Positions 20,037 to 29,002 of a DNA stretch of 58,238 bases are shown here, piece after piece. Source of the stretch: an uncultured Verrucomicrobiales bacterium. GTDB lineage: Bacteria; Verrucomicrobiota; Verrucomicrobiia; Verrucomicrobiales; DEV007. Each line of letters starts with the position of its first letter. The first letter of the stretch is position 1. The notes under the pieces were generated by a model. That model was not told the origin of the DNA. It ran no database searches and saw nothing but the letters and a program-made list of their open reading frames with translations. Position numbers and translations under genes: made by a program. Location: contig CALKOM010000128.1 of assembly GCA_938091905.1 (NCBI GenBank), forward strand, positions 1-58,238, in the 5' to 3' direction.

Positions 20037-21257
20037 ATGAGAATCCTCCACGAACTCGGCGAAGGTTTGCGCATTGCCTTGGAAGCCGTGCGGACGCACA
20101 AGTTGCGTTCGGCTCTAGCTACGTTGGGTATGGTGATCGGTGTATTCACCGTGACACTGATGGCAACCGCCATTGCCGGGTTGAACAACGCGTTTACCAA
20201 TAGCATTTCCGCGATCGGTAGTGATGTATTGTACATTCAGCGGTTCAGCTGGGGCCCTTCTCAAGAATGGTGGAAGATACGCGCCCGCCAACCCATCACC
20301 ATGGTTCAAGGCAAGCGCTTGGCAGATCGAGCAACAATGGCAGAAGCCGTCTCGATGGAAAGCCGCGCCAATGAGACGGTCAAATTTCAGGACCGCACCG
20401 CAAGCAACGTTAATGTCAGTGGCGTCCTTGCCTCAACTGCTCAGGTGCATGGGGTGGATCTTTCCGAAGGTCGCTATCTCAATGAAGCGGAGTCCGACGG
20501 CGCTCGACCTGTGTGCATTCTCGGCGCTACTCTATCAGAGAATTTGTTTCCTTACGGAGGTGCCGTCGGCGAATGGATCCGCATTGGAAATGCTCGCTAT
20601 CAAGTCATCGGCGTTTCCGCTAGGGTCGGTAGCTTTGCCTTCGGAGATCTTGACAATATCGTGACTGTTCCACTAACACGCTTGGCCAGTGATTTCGTAT
20701 CCAACCCAGAAGTGACCCTGACGGTCAAGGTCGGCACCGGCGTTCCGATGGAGGAAGTTCAAGAAGAGCTGCGCTGGATCATGCGCTCGATCCGCAAGGT
20801 GCCGCTCGGAGAGGACGACGATTTCTCAATCAACAATCAGCAATCATTGCTCGACACCTTTGGCAAGTTCTCTGCAATGGCGGGTTCTGCCGGGCTCTTT
20901 ATCACGGGGCTTTCGCTCTTCGTCGGTGGCATCGGCATCATGAATGTGATGTTCGTTTCTGTCACGGAACGGACCCAAGAAATCGGCGTGCGCAAGGCGC
21001 TTGGTGCAAAATACCGCGCCATACTCACCCAGTTTCTTGCAGAAGCGGCCACGATCTGTGTCTTTGGAGGCTTGTTAGCCTTGGCACTCGCCTGGGCAAC
21101 GACTCAGGTGACCAAGCAGTGGTTGCCCGCAACAATCTCGCCCGCGATTGCCACATTGGCTCTCTCCATCTCGGCAACCGTCGGCATCATCGCCGGCTTC
21201 CTGCCGGCCCACCGTGCCGCACGCATGAAACCCGTCGATGCTTTGCGCAGTGAGTGA
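20037..21257 (+). CDS. ABC transporter permease, MacB/FtsX family
   Basis: HKLRSALATLGMVIGV, LFVGGIGIMNVMFVSVTERTQEIGVRKALGA and PAHRAARMKPVDALR. Confidence 0.93.
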   Translation: MRILHELGEGLRIALEAVRTHKLRSALATLGMVIGVFTVTLMATAIAGLNNAFTNSISAIGSDVLYIQRFSWGPSQEWWKIRARQPITMVQGKRLADRATMAEAVSMESRANETVKFQDRTASNVNVSGVLASTAQVHGVDLSEGRYLNEAESDGARPVCILGATLSENLFPYGGAVGEWIRIGNARYQVIGVSARVGSFAFGDLDNIVTVPLTRLASDFVSNPEVTLTVKVGTGVPMEEVQEELRWIMRSIRKVPLGEDDDFSINNQQSLLDTFGKFSAMAGSAGLFITGLSLFVGGIGIMNVMFVSVTERTQEIGVRKALGAKYRAILTQFLAEAATICVFGGLLALALAWATTQVTKQWLPATISPAIATLALSISATVGIIAGFLPAHRAARMKPVDALRSE

Positions 21258-22536
21258 TCCGACCGACAACCGCCGCCGTCGCCCCTCGGGTTGGCATCGC
21301 TTAATTGGAGAGACTCGCGAGAGTTTGAGCATGGCGCTCGACTCCGTCGTCTCGCACAAGCTTCGTTCGGGACTGACATTGCTCGGCATCATGATCGGGG
21401 TTTTCTCGATTATCGTCGTGATGACCGTGCTGCGCGTGCTCGATACGAATGCCCAAGAGAGCCTCTCCCAACTGGGCCCACACACTTTCCGGGTGAAACG
21501 GACGCCGCCGTTCTTCTTCAGTTCTAGCAAAGAACGACGAAAAGTACGCGCGCGCGAGCCAATCGATTGGCGTCAGTGCCGTGAACTCATTCGTCGCGCT
21601 GAGCTTCCCATTAGCATCGGCGTCGAAGAAGGGCTCACCAATGGAACCGTTCGTTCCGAGTTCGCCGAAACCAATCCAGATATTTCTCTCCGTGGTGTCA
21701 CCCCAGAAGTCTTTCCGGCAAGGGTATGGGACCTTGAAGATGGCCGTGCCATCCAACCCGCAGACGTGGACAGCGCCCGACTTGTCTGTGTGCTGAGCAA
21801 CGGACTGGCTAAAAAGCTCTTTCCGCGCAGCCAAGCGGTCGGTGATCGCATCACCTTCGATGGGCTAGCCTACCGGGTGATCGGCGTCTTGGAGAAGAAG
21901 GGGCAAATGGGTTTCAATGAAGATAGCTTCGTCGCCGTGCCGATCTCGACAGGGCTCCAGCGCTATTCAAATCCCTGGGTGAGCCTGGGTCTCGTCGTGC
22001 AAACAGCGGGAGAGGAACTCTATGAGTCCACGGTGGAAGAAGTTCGTGGCATCATGCGCGTTCTTAGACGGACGCCGCTGGGAGAAGACGACGACTTCGA
22101 GATCGTCTCCAATGACTCGCTCATGGAACAGTTTCGCGAGGTGACTTTCGCCGTACGGGCGGGTGTCGGCGTGATCAGTTCGATCGCCTTGCTCGCAGCC
22201 GGCATTGGGATCATGAACATCATGCTCATTTCTGTGACAGAGCGCACCAAGGAGATCGGCGTGCGCCGTGCGATTGGTGCGCGCAAGCGCATGATCTTGA
22301 CGCAGTTTATTGTCGAAGCGGTCATCCTCTGCTTGCTCGGCGGTATCGTCGGCGTGGTTCTTGGAGTAAGCGCAGGAAACATCCTCTCCTTCGTCTTCAA
22401 AACACCCGCGGTCGTGCCGTTCGATTGGGTCGCCTACGGACTCGGCATCTGTACGCTCGTGGGCGTTGCCTTCGGAGCCTATCCTGCGTTTAAAGCGGCA
22501 AACATCGATCCCATTGATGCGCTGAGGTATGAGTGA
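21250..22536 (+). CDS. ABC transporter permease, MacB/FtsX family (second paralog)
   Basis: HKLRSGLTLLGIMIGV, GIGIMNIMLISVTERTKEIGVRRAIGA and YPAFKAANIDPIDALRYE; the GTG start overlaps the previous gene's end. Confidence 0.93.
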   Translation: MSDPTDNRRRRPSGWHRLIGETRESLSMALDSVVSHKLRSGLTLLGIMIGVFSIIVVMTVLRVLDTNAQESLSQLGPHTFRVKRTPPFFFSSSKERRKVRAREPIDWRQCRELIRRAELPISIGVEEGLTNGTVRSEFAETNPDISLRGVTPEVFPARVWDLEDGRAIQPADVDSARLVCVLSNGLAKKLFPRSQAVGDRITFDGLAYRVIGVLEKKGQMGFNEDSFVAVPISTGLQRYSNPWVSLGLVVQTAGEELYESTVEEVRGIMRVLRRTPLGEDDDFEIVSNDSLMEQFREVTFAVRAGVGVISSIALLAAGIGIMNIMLISVTERTKEIGVRRAIGARKRMILTQFIVEAVILCLLGGIVGVVLGVSAGNILSFVFKTPAVVPFDWVAYGLGICTLVGVAFGAYPAFKAANIDPIDALRYE

Positions 22537-22701
22537 TAGGGCTTACCGAAATTAGTTAAGGTTTGCTAACCATTAAACCTGACAAAACGTCGGTAAATTT
22601 TTAAAACGAAAGCCGAAATACTTCCGACGGCGACTTGTATTGGAATGGGATGAGGTCTAAAACCAGCAATATCGCTCCACCACGCTGGCTTAGCCTAACT
22701 C

Positions 22702-22983
22702 ATGACTGATACTTACCAAGCGTTCACCTCGCACCAAGAAACGATTAGCGACTTTCTAACAAAAGCGCAGGCGAAAGACCATGGTGATGTCGTCTTTCTC
22801 AAGTTTCCGCCGAACGCCGGTGTCTTCGAAGACCAGTGCAATCGATCTCTGCTCTTCGTAGAGTATAGCGACGACGGCGCAAGCGCTTCAGAAATCGCCT
22901 TCTCGCTCCAGGGCGAGGGTGGCCTGATCCACGAGTGGGTCCGCATGTTCCGCGAAGAGTGGGGCGCCGCCGTCACGGGCTAA
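22702..22983 (+). CDS. Small hypothetical protein (93 aa)
   Basis: ATG-started ORF filling the gap and converging on the esterase gene; codon style resembles neighbours; no motif recognised. Confidence 0.6.
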   Translation: MTDTYQAFTSHQETISDFLTKAQAKDHGDVVFLKFPPNAGVFEDQCNRSLLFVEYSDDGASASEIAFSLQGEGGLIHEWVRMFREEWGAAVTG

Positions 22984-22995
22984 CCTTCCGACGAC

Positions 22996-24084
22996 CTACC
23001 TAAAGAGCTTTGGCAAAAACTCTGCCAAGTAACGTCGCCACACAGGCCAGGAGTGGTCATCACCCTTGGTCACCACATACTCATGCTTGAGACCAGCTTT
23101 TTTGTAGGCCGCGTGGACAAGTTCGTTCTTCTCAAAGAGGAAATCTTCGTCTCCACAGGCCACCCAGAGTAACTCCAGATCTTGATTGATAGTCTCAGCC
23201 TTAGCCAGACCGGCCTCGGTCATTTCTTTGTTAGGTGGCGCGGAACTGAAGGCACCAATCTGGGAGAACTCCGCATGGTATTGCATCGCGATCGTGAGCG
23301 CGTGGTGTCCTCCCATGGAGAGGCCAGCAAAGGCGCGCCCACTGCTTTCACCGTTCACAGGATAAATCGCCTCTACTAACGGAACAATATCTTCCACCAA
23401 CTCTTGGCAGAACGCCGTGGAATTCTCCGGACCATAGAGGTCGAATTCATCCCGCCCACGAGTCTCTGGCGGAACGGCATGAGCATCCGGCATGACAATG
23501 ATCATCGGAACGGCCTGTTTCTGGGCAAGGAGGGCATCGAGAATCCAGTGCGCTTTCCCATGCACGGTCCAGGTTTGTTCCTGATCACTGTAGCCATGGG
23601 TGAGGTAGAGAACAGGCAACGGCCCTTCCGCATCGGGAGGGGTGTAGACAATCAGTCGACGCCAGATGCCCTTCAGAGCCTTGGATTGGTAATCATGACA
23701 GTGTAGCGTGCCATGAGGAATCTCTTGGAGATCCCACAGGGCCGGAGGCGATGCCGGCAGGTGGAGGATACTCGTGCTCGGCCAACGCTGCGGTTTGACC
23801 GCGCGATTCTGCGAATCGATCGTGTTCACGCCATCCACGGAGAAACGGTACTCAAAGATACCCGGTCCAACGGGTGCCGCCGTCGTGCCTGACCAGAGAC
23901 CTTTCTCACCCTTCGTGAGCACCACTTCAGGTCCGAATTGACCCACGGCCTTCACTTCTGAAGCCTTGGGCGCCGTGTAGCGAAAGGTGACCCGATTGTC
24001 CGAGAGGACCTCAGGAGATTGTTGAGCCATGGAGAGAGACAAAGACGACAAAGAAGTAAGCAGCAGAAGTAGGGAGCACAGCAT
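22996..24084 (-). CDS. Secreted esterase (alpha/beta hydrolase, CE1/Fes-like) with N-terminal E-set/CBM48-like domain
   Basis: Signal peptide, VTFRYTAPKA...YRFSVDG, VYTPP, PVLYLTHG, nucleophile AGLSMGG, GDEDFL and HSWPVWR. Confidence 0.88.
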   Translation of the reverse strand: MLCSLLLLLTSLSSLSLSMAQQSPEVLSDNRVTFRYTAPKASEVKAVGQFGPEVVLTKGEKGLWSGTTAAPVGPGIFEYRFSVDGVNTIDSQNRAVKPQRWPSTSILHLPASPPALWDLQEIPHGTLHCHDYQSKALKGIWRRLIVYTPPDAEGPLPVLYLTHGYSDQEQTWTVHGKAHWILDALLAQKQAVPMIIVMPDAHAVPPETRGRDEFDLYGPENSTAFCQELVEDIVPLVEAIYPVNGESSGRAFAGLSMGGHHALTIAMQYHAEFSQIGAFSSAPPNKEMTEAGLAKAETINQDLELLWVACGDEDFLFEKNELVHAAYKKAGLKHEYVVTKGDDHSWPVWRRYLAEFLPKLFR

Positions 24085-24537
24085 GGTCGGTGAGTGTCTA
24101 AAAGACGGGTTTATTGCCAAGCCTCAACGCAACCAAACACCTCAATCGCCTCGCCCCGCCATACAAGGAAGGCAGAAACCGAAAAAAATTCTGTCCCGTA
24201 GGGCTATGCTCCGTCGCAGCCGAAACTTCCAAAAGGGTCCGCAACGCCAAACGCATCATCACGCAATTTCTGCACTTTTTTGATTTTTCCCCATCAGGTA
24301 GGCATTTGGCTACCGAGGAGCTACCTCTTAGGCGGCGTTTTTTCGCATCTCCTCCTCCCGTTTCTTTGATAGGCCGGCTAAAGCCAGCACTACCATAGCA
24401 CTGTTCCGATACCTCACGGCCTCGGTCGCGGCCTGTCGCAGAGTTGCGAGATAATTAATGGAAGCTAATCTTTGCCTTGAGCTTGCTCAGCACGCCACCT
24501 AGTCTCTTCATTGAGAGAATTCTCATTATTGATAGTC

Positions 24538-27500
24538 ATGGTGGCAATTACGGAACGCAAATCAGCCTACGAGAAAGCTCTCCTCATCGCGAGTGGCCCT
24601 GCGATGCTTGAGCGCATGGTCAGACCCCTCAAAGAGGCGGGCTTGGCCGTGAACGCCTGTGAGAATTTCGAGGACGCGGCCAAGTTTTATGATGGCCAAG
24701 CCTTGATCGTTCTTCCTATCAAAGAAGACGCGCAGACCGAGGCCAAGGCCTTCGTGGATCGGCTTCGGAGTCGCGCCGTTGCCTCTCCCTACATCCTCGG
24801 CGTGGGCCGATGCGAAGAGGCCCAGCGCAAGAGCCTGGTCGCCAAGATGGGCCTCAACGACCTCATCACCTATCCTTTCGATGAGGCCGAGGTCCAGCAA
24901 CGGCTCGAGTCCTTCCGAAACTGGTGCCAGATGCCAACCCCAAACGCGATGGAGGCCCCCGACGAGACGGATGTCGTTTCTCCCACCGTTGCCGACACCA
25001 TTCCCTCCGAAATGCTGCAGACCACGCGAGTCTCTCTCTTCAGTGACACTCCCTCGGGCGAAGAAGCGGAAGCTCCCGAGTCCATCTACTGCCGCGAGTC
25101 TCCTGTCGGCATTGCCATGTTCGATCGGAAATTGACCTACCTCTTGGCCAATCCCCGCTGGATCCAGCAGTTTCGCCTCAAAGACAAAGAGGTCATCGGG
25201 CGCAGTCAATTTGATGTCTTTCCCAAGCTTCACCCGAACTGGCATAAGATCTATAAACGTTGCCTCAAAGGGGAAACTCGGCGCGGTCGCGAGACCATTC
25301 AGTCCGTTGACGGCCCACTCGACATGCGCTGGGAAGTGCGTCCATGGCGCTATCGGTCTGGCCAAGTGGGTGGCGTCACCATCGCCTTCGAAGAAGCGTG
25401 GAAACCAGCAGACGAGCTACCAGCGAAAGCGTCGGAAGAGAAACTTCCCGCCGCACCTTCGCTTTCCAACCAGCTCCAGAGTCCCGCGCTCGTGCTCGAT
25501 CTAAACGGCACGGTGATCGAGAGCAACGATTCTGCTAAGGCCCTGAAGCTAGATCAGCCTGGAGAGGCCTTTGTCGAGGCGCTGAAGGACGATCCGAATC
25601 AACTTCCACTGACAGAACTGGTCGAATTGCAGGGCGGCGCCGAGCACCTTGCTTGGAGCACCTCGATCCTGCGTGATACCGATGGCGAACCTGAACGCGT
25701 CCTTCGTGTGGGCGTCCGCCTGCCGTGTTCCCTCCTGCCCACGGTCGAGGTGGAGAAAGTGGTCGAGGTTTCCGCGGCTGAAGAAGCCCAAATCGTCGTT
25801 TCGGAAACCGAGCCGATTACGCCTAGTCTCACGTTATTCGAAGATGACGCCTTGGATGAAGTTCCACAGCTTGTGTGGAAAGCCAATCCACGTGGAGAAA
25901 TCACCTACTTCAACAGAGCGTGGCTGAAATTTCGCGATCGCCCTCTCAATCGCGAATTGAATGGCGGCTGGCTAGACGGCTTGCATGCGTCCGATGCCTG
26001 CTCGACGAAAGGCGTCGTCGCTGAGGCCATCCGCAACCAGAAGACCCTCGAACACACCTTTCGACTCAAGTCCGCCGGGGGGAACTACGTCTCCAAGGAC
26101 ATGTGGGTTAAGCCATTCCACGCCGAAAGCGGGGAACTGTTAGGGTTTTACGGGATCTGTCAGGATCATCAAGAAGGGGCAAAGCCTGCCGCCAGTGCCT
26201 TATACGGTGCTCCTCAGAGGTCCAAGGAAGAAGATCAGATTCTTAATACCGTCCGCCAAGACGCGGCCGACGCCTTGGCCAAGCTGGCCGAAGCCGAGCA
26301 CGAAGTCCTCGACCTCAAGGACTCGCTGGCAAAACTAAGCACCGCCTCCTCTGCAACCGGTTCTGGACCAGGCCTTCTGCCAGAAAGCCCGTTCATCATG
26401 TGGCAGTGTGATACGGCCGGCGACCTCACCGCAGTCAATCCCACGTGGAACGAAGCCTTCCAACTCGACGGCAAGGCAGCGCCGCAAAGCAACTGGACCG
26501 AAGCCATTCTCGACGAGAAAGAACGCAGGGCCACGGAAGCGCAGCTTCGGGCTGCCGCGGTTAGAGGAGCCTCTCTCACCTGTACCTTTCATTGGAAGCC
26601 AAGCTCAGCGTCCGCAACCCGCATGGAGTTGCAAGCGGTGCCTTTGCTAGATGAGAATGGGAACAGTCTTGGCCTCAGCGGGATCTTGCAAGACGTTTCT
26701 GCGGAGCAGGCTGCCATCAGCGCCGTCCAGGCGTTGATCGAGCCCCAAGCGGAGACTATTGACCCAGCGCCAGTATCCGACCTCTTTGCCAAGCTGACCG
26801 AACGGTTGCCTCAGTGGCAAGAACGCCAAGCCCAGTACAACAAGAACCTGGCTGCCTTCGAGGAAATCTTTGATCATGTTGCCGTCGGCGTAGTTTTGTT
26901 AGGCTCTAACGGCAAGGTCATTATTGCCAATAAGCGCCTGAACGACTTGTTAGGCTTCAGTATCGGCGAAGGCGAGAGCATCGAAGGCTGGCTGGGCCGT
27001 GCTGGTGGGGATCCCGATCACACGACTTCCGTCCTAAAGATTTGGCAGGAAGACATCTGGCAACGTCAGCTAACCAAGGTCCTCGCGCTGAAAGCTTCCA
27101 ATGGCTCACTACGCGAAATCCGTTTCGAGCCCCAGCTCTTCCTCGACGATAACCGCCTCCTTCTAACACTGCACGATATTACCGAATCGAAGCGTAGCGA
27201 GGAGGCCATGCGCGACAGTGAGATTCGTTTCCGCGCGCTCTTCCGCGAGTCCTCCATGGGTATCGCTCTCCTCGATGGCGAGGAGAAGATCTATGATGTG
27301 AATCCAGGCATGGAAAGCATCTTGGGGGTCGCCCGTCGCCAGATTCTCTGTCGGCATTTCGATGAGTGCCTCCACCCCGACGATCTCGCGCGGAAACAAC
27401 AGCTTGTTCAGCAGCTGCTAGCCTCGCCAAAGCGAAACACGGAGATGGAGCTGCGGCTTGCACGGCGCCGGGAAGAAGGGGGCATCACCGAAGACATCTG

Positions 27501-28992
27501 GGTGCGTCTCCACATCGCCCTCGTGCGCGATGTCGACCAGCGTGTCCTCTTCACCGCCTACTTCGTCCAGGACATCACCGAGCAGAAGCGCCTGCAAGCA
27601 GCTCTGCATATCAGCAAAGAGCAGAATCGGGCGCTGTTAGAAATCATTCCAGATCTGATCTTGCTAGTCGATCGTCGTGCCGAAATCGTTGATATCATGC
27701 CCGGCGACAGCATGCCGGATGACTTTGTGGATCAGGAATCCATGGGCCGCCGGGTCGAGGCGATCTTGCCGTCGTTCGGGAACCACGCGGAAGAGCTCAT
27801 CCAACGCGCTTATGTTGCCGATGACGTGGTTGTCCATCAGTTCGCGACCCCAAGCGGCAACGCCTATCAAGCACGAGTCGTTGCTTGTAAGCCTGACAAT
27901 GCGGTCATCACGGTACAGTCCGCACCGGACAAGGAAACGCCGGTCACCCCGCTCAAACCGGAGATACCCGAGTCTCTAGAGCGCATGTCGCTGACGTTCG
28001 CCAATGCGCCCAACGCGGTCATCATCATGAACTACTCCGGTGGGATCCAGCACTGGAACCCAGCCGCTTCCGAATTGTTTGGCTACACGGAACAAGAGGC
28101 CGAAGACCAGCCCTTGCCTGCCCTCTTCGGACTTGACTCGGTCGATGCGCTGACCCGTCATTTAGAGCAGGACAGCCACGATCGCTGGGTGGGTCGTTTG
28201 CCTTTCCAGCGAAAGGATCGGTCCGAAGACCTCGCTGAGGTGATTTTTGCCCCCCTGAAGGCTGAGTCTGGTAGCCTCCAGGGCCAGGTCGCCTTCCTCC
28301 GACAGGTCGAAGATCCTGAGCCGAAACCAATCGCTCCGGCAGCGGCGGGACCCGCCGTCGACCGACAGGCGCTTATCGAAGAGATCCGCGAAGAGAGCCT
28401 CTCAACGCTGGTTCCTCAGATGCATCAGCGCCTAAGAAACAATCTCCAGATTATCGCCACCCTGCTTAATCTCCAATATAAATGTCAGGCTGACCCAAAT
28501 ACCCGCGACAGCCTCCGCAAGAGCCGGAATCGCGCTCAAGCGCTCCTTCTTCTTCATGAAAGAATCCAGAAGAAGGAAGACGAGGAACAGGTTGACTTCC
28601 AACACCTCGCCAAATCCCTCTGTGACTTCCTCCTTGAGAGCTACGAAGCCGTTGGTCGCGTTCACGTCGCCCTTGAAATCGATGGACCGCTGGATCTGCA
28701 GGCAGCCAGCCCATTATCTCTTATTCTTAACGAGCTCGTGTCCAATGCGATCGAGCACGGCTTTCCTGATGGTGAACAAGGCACCATCGCCGTCGCCCTG
28801 AAGCTGGCTCAAGGCACTGGTGAACTCACCGTGCGGGACGATGGATTTGGTCTCGGATCCGGCTCGCAAGGCTCAGGAATGGGTCTCCAGATTGTAAAAA
28901 CCCTGGCGACTCAGGTTGGCGGCAGTCTAGAAAAACTAGATACTACGGAAACTGAATTTCGCGTTTGCTTTATCACCTCATTACGCAAATGA
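24538..28992 (+). CDS. Giant cytoplasmic multi-PAS sensor of HisKA_2 type with N-terminal degenerate receiver (probable pseudokinase)
   Basis: About 8 PAS/PAC-like segments, MHQRLRNNLQII (HisKA_2 H-box variant), LNELVSNAIEH, VRDDGFG and GMGLQIV; no transmembrane segment seen. Confidence 0.85.
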   Translation: MVAITERKSAYEKALLIASGPAMLERMVRPLKEAGLAVNACENFEDAAKFYDGQALIVLPIKEDAQTEAKAFVDRLRSRAVASPYILGVGRCEEAQRKSLVAKMGLNDLITYPFDEAEVQQRLESFRNWCQMPTPNAMEAPDETDVVSPTVADTIPSEMLQTTRVSLFSDTPSGEEAEAPESIYCRESPVGIAMFDRKLTYLLANPRWIQQFRLKDKEVIGRSQFDVFPKLHPNWHKIYKRCLKGETRRGRETIQSVDGPLDMRWEVRPWRYRSGQVGGVTIAFEEAWKPADELPAKASEEKLPAAPSLSNQLQSPALVLDLNGTVIESNDSAKALKLDQPGEAFVEALKDDPNQLPLTELVELQGGAEHLAWSTSILRDTDGEPERVLRVGVRLPCSLLPTVEVEKVVEVSAAEEAQIVVSETEPITPSLTLFEDDALDEVPQLVWKANPRGEITYFNRAWLKFRDRPLNRELNGGWLDGLHASDACSTKGVVAEAIRNQKTLEHTFRLKSAGGNYVSKDMWVKPFHAESGELLGFYGICQDHQEGAKPAASALYGAPQRSKEEDQILNTVRQDAADALAKLAEAEHEVLDLKDSLAKLSTASSATGSGPGLLPESPFIMWQCDTAGDLTAVNPTWNEAFQLDGKAAPQSNWTEAILDEKERRATEAQLRAAAVRGASLTCTFHWKPSSASATRMELQAVPLLDENGNSLGLSGILQDVSAEQAAISAVQALIEPQAETIDPAPVSDLFAKLTERLPQWQERQAQYNKNLAAFEEIFDHVAVGVVLLGSNGKVIIANKRLNDLLGFSIGEGESIEGWLGRAGGDPDHTTSVLKIWQEDIWQRQLTKVLALKASNGSLREIRFEPQLFLDDNRLLLTLHDITESKRSEEAMRDSEIRFRALFRESSMGIALLDGEEKIYDVNPGMESILGVARRQILCRHFDECLHPDDLARKQQLVQQLLASPKRNTEMELRLARRREEGGITEDIWVRLHIALVRDVDQRVLFTAYFVQDITEQKRLQAALHISKEQNRALLEIIPDLILLVDRRAEIVDIMPGDSMPDDFVDQESMGRRVEAILPSFGNHAEELIQRAYVADDVVVHQFATPSGNAYQARVVACKPDNAVITVQSAPDKETPVTPLKPEIPESLERMSLTFANAPNAVIIMNYSGGIQHWNPAASELFGYTEQEAEDQPLPALFGLDSVDALTRHLEQDSHDRWVGRLPFQRKDRSEDLAEVIFAPLKAESGSLQGQVAFLRQVEDPEPKPIAPAAAGPAVDRQALIEEIREESLSTLVPQMHQRLRNNLQIIATLLNLQYKCQADPNTRDSLRKSRNRAQALLLLHERIQKKEDEEQVDFQHLAKSLCDFLLESYEAVGRVHVALEIDGPLDLQAASPLSLILNELVSNAIEHGFPDGEQGTIAVALKLAQGTGELTVRDDGFGLGSGSQGSGMGLQIVKTLATQVGGSLEKLDTTETEFRVCFITSLRK

Positions 28993-29002
28993 ATGAGGTC
29001 GT

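Noticed and set aside
24511..24527. TTGAGAGAATTCTCATT as a Fur-family box at the PAS kinase start
   Set aside because: The spacing does not fit a 7-1-7 box and there is no supporting context; too weak to call.
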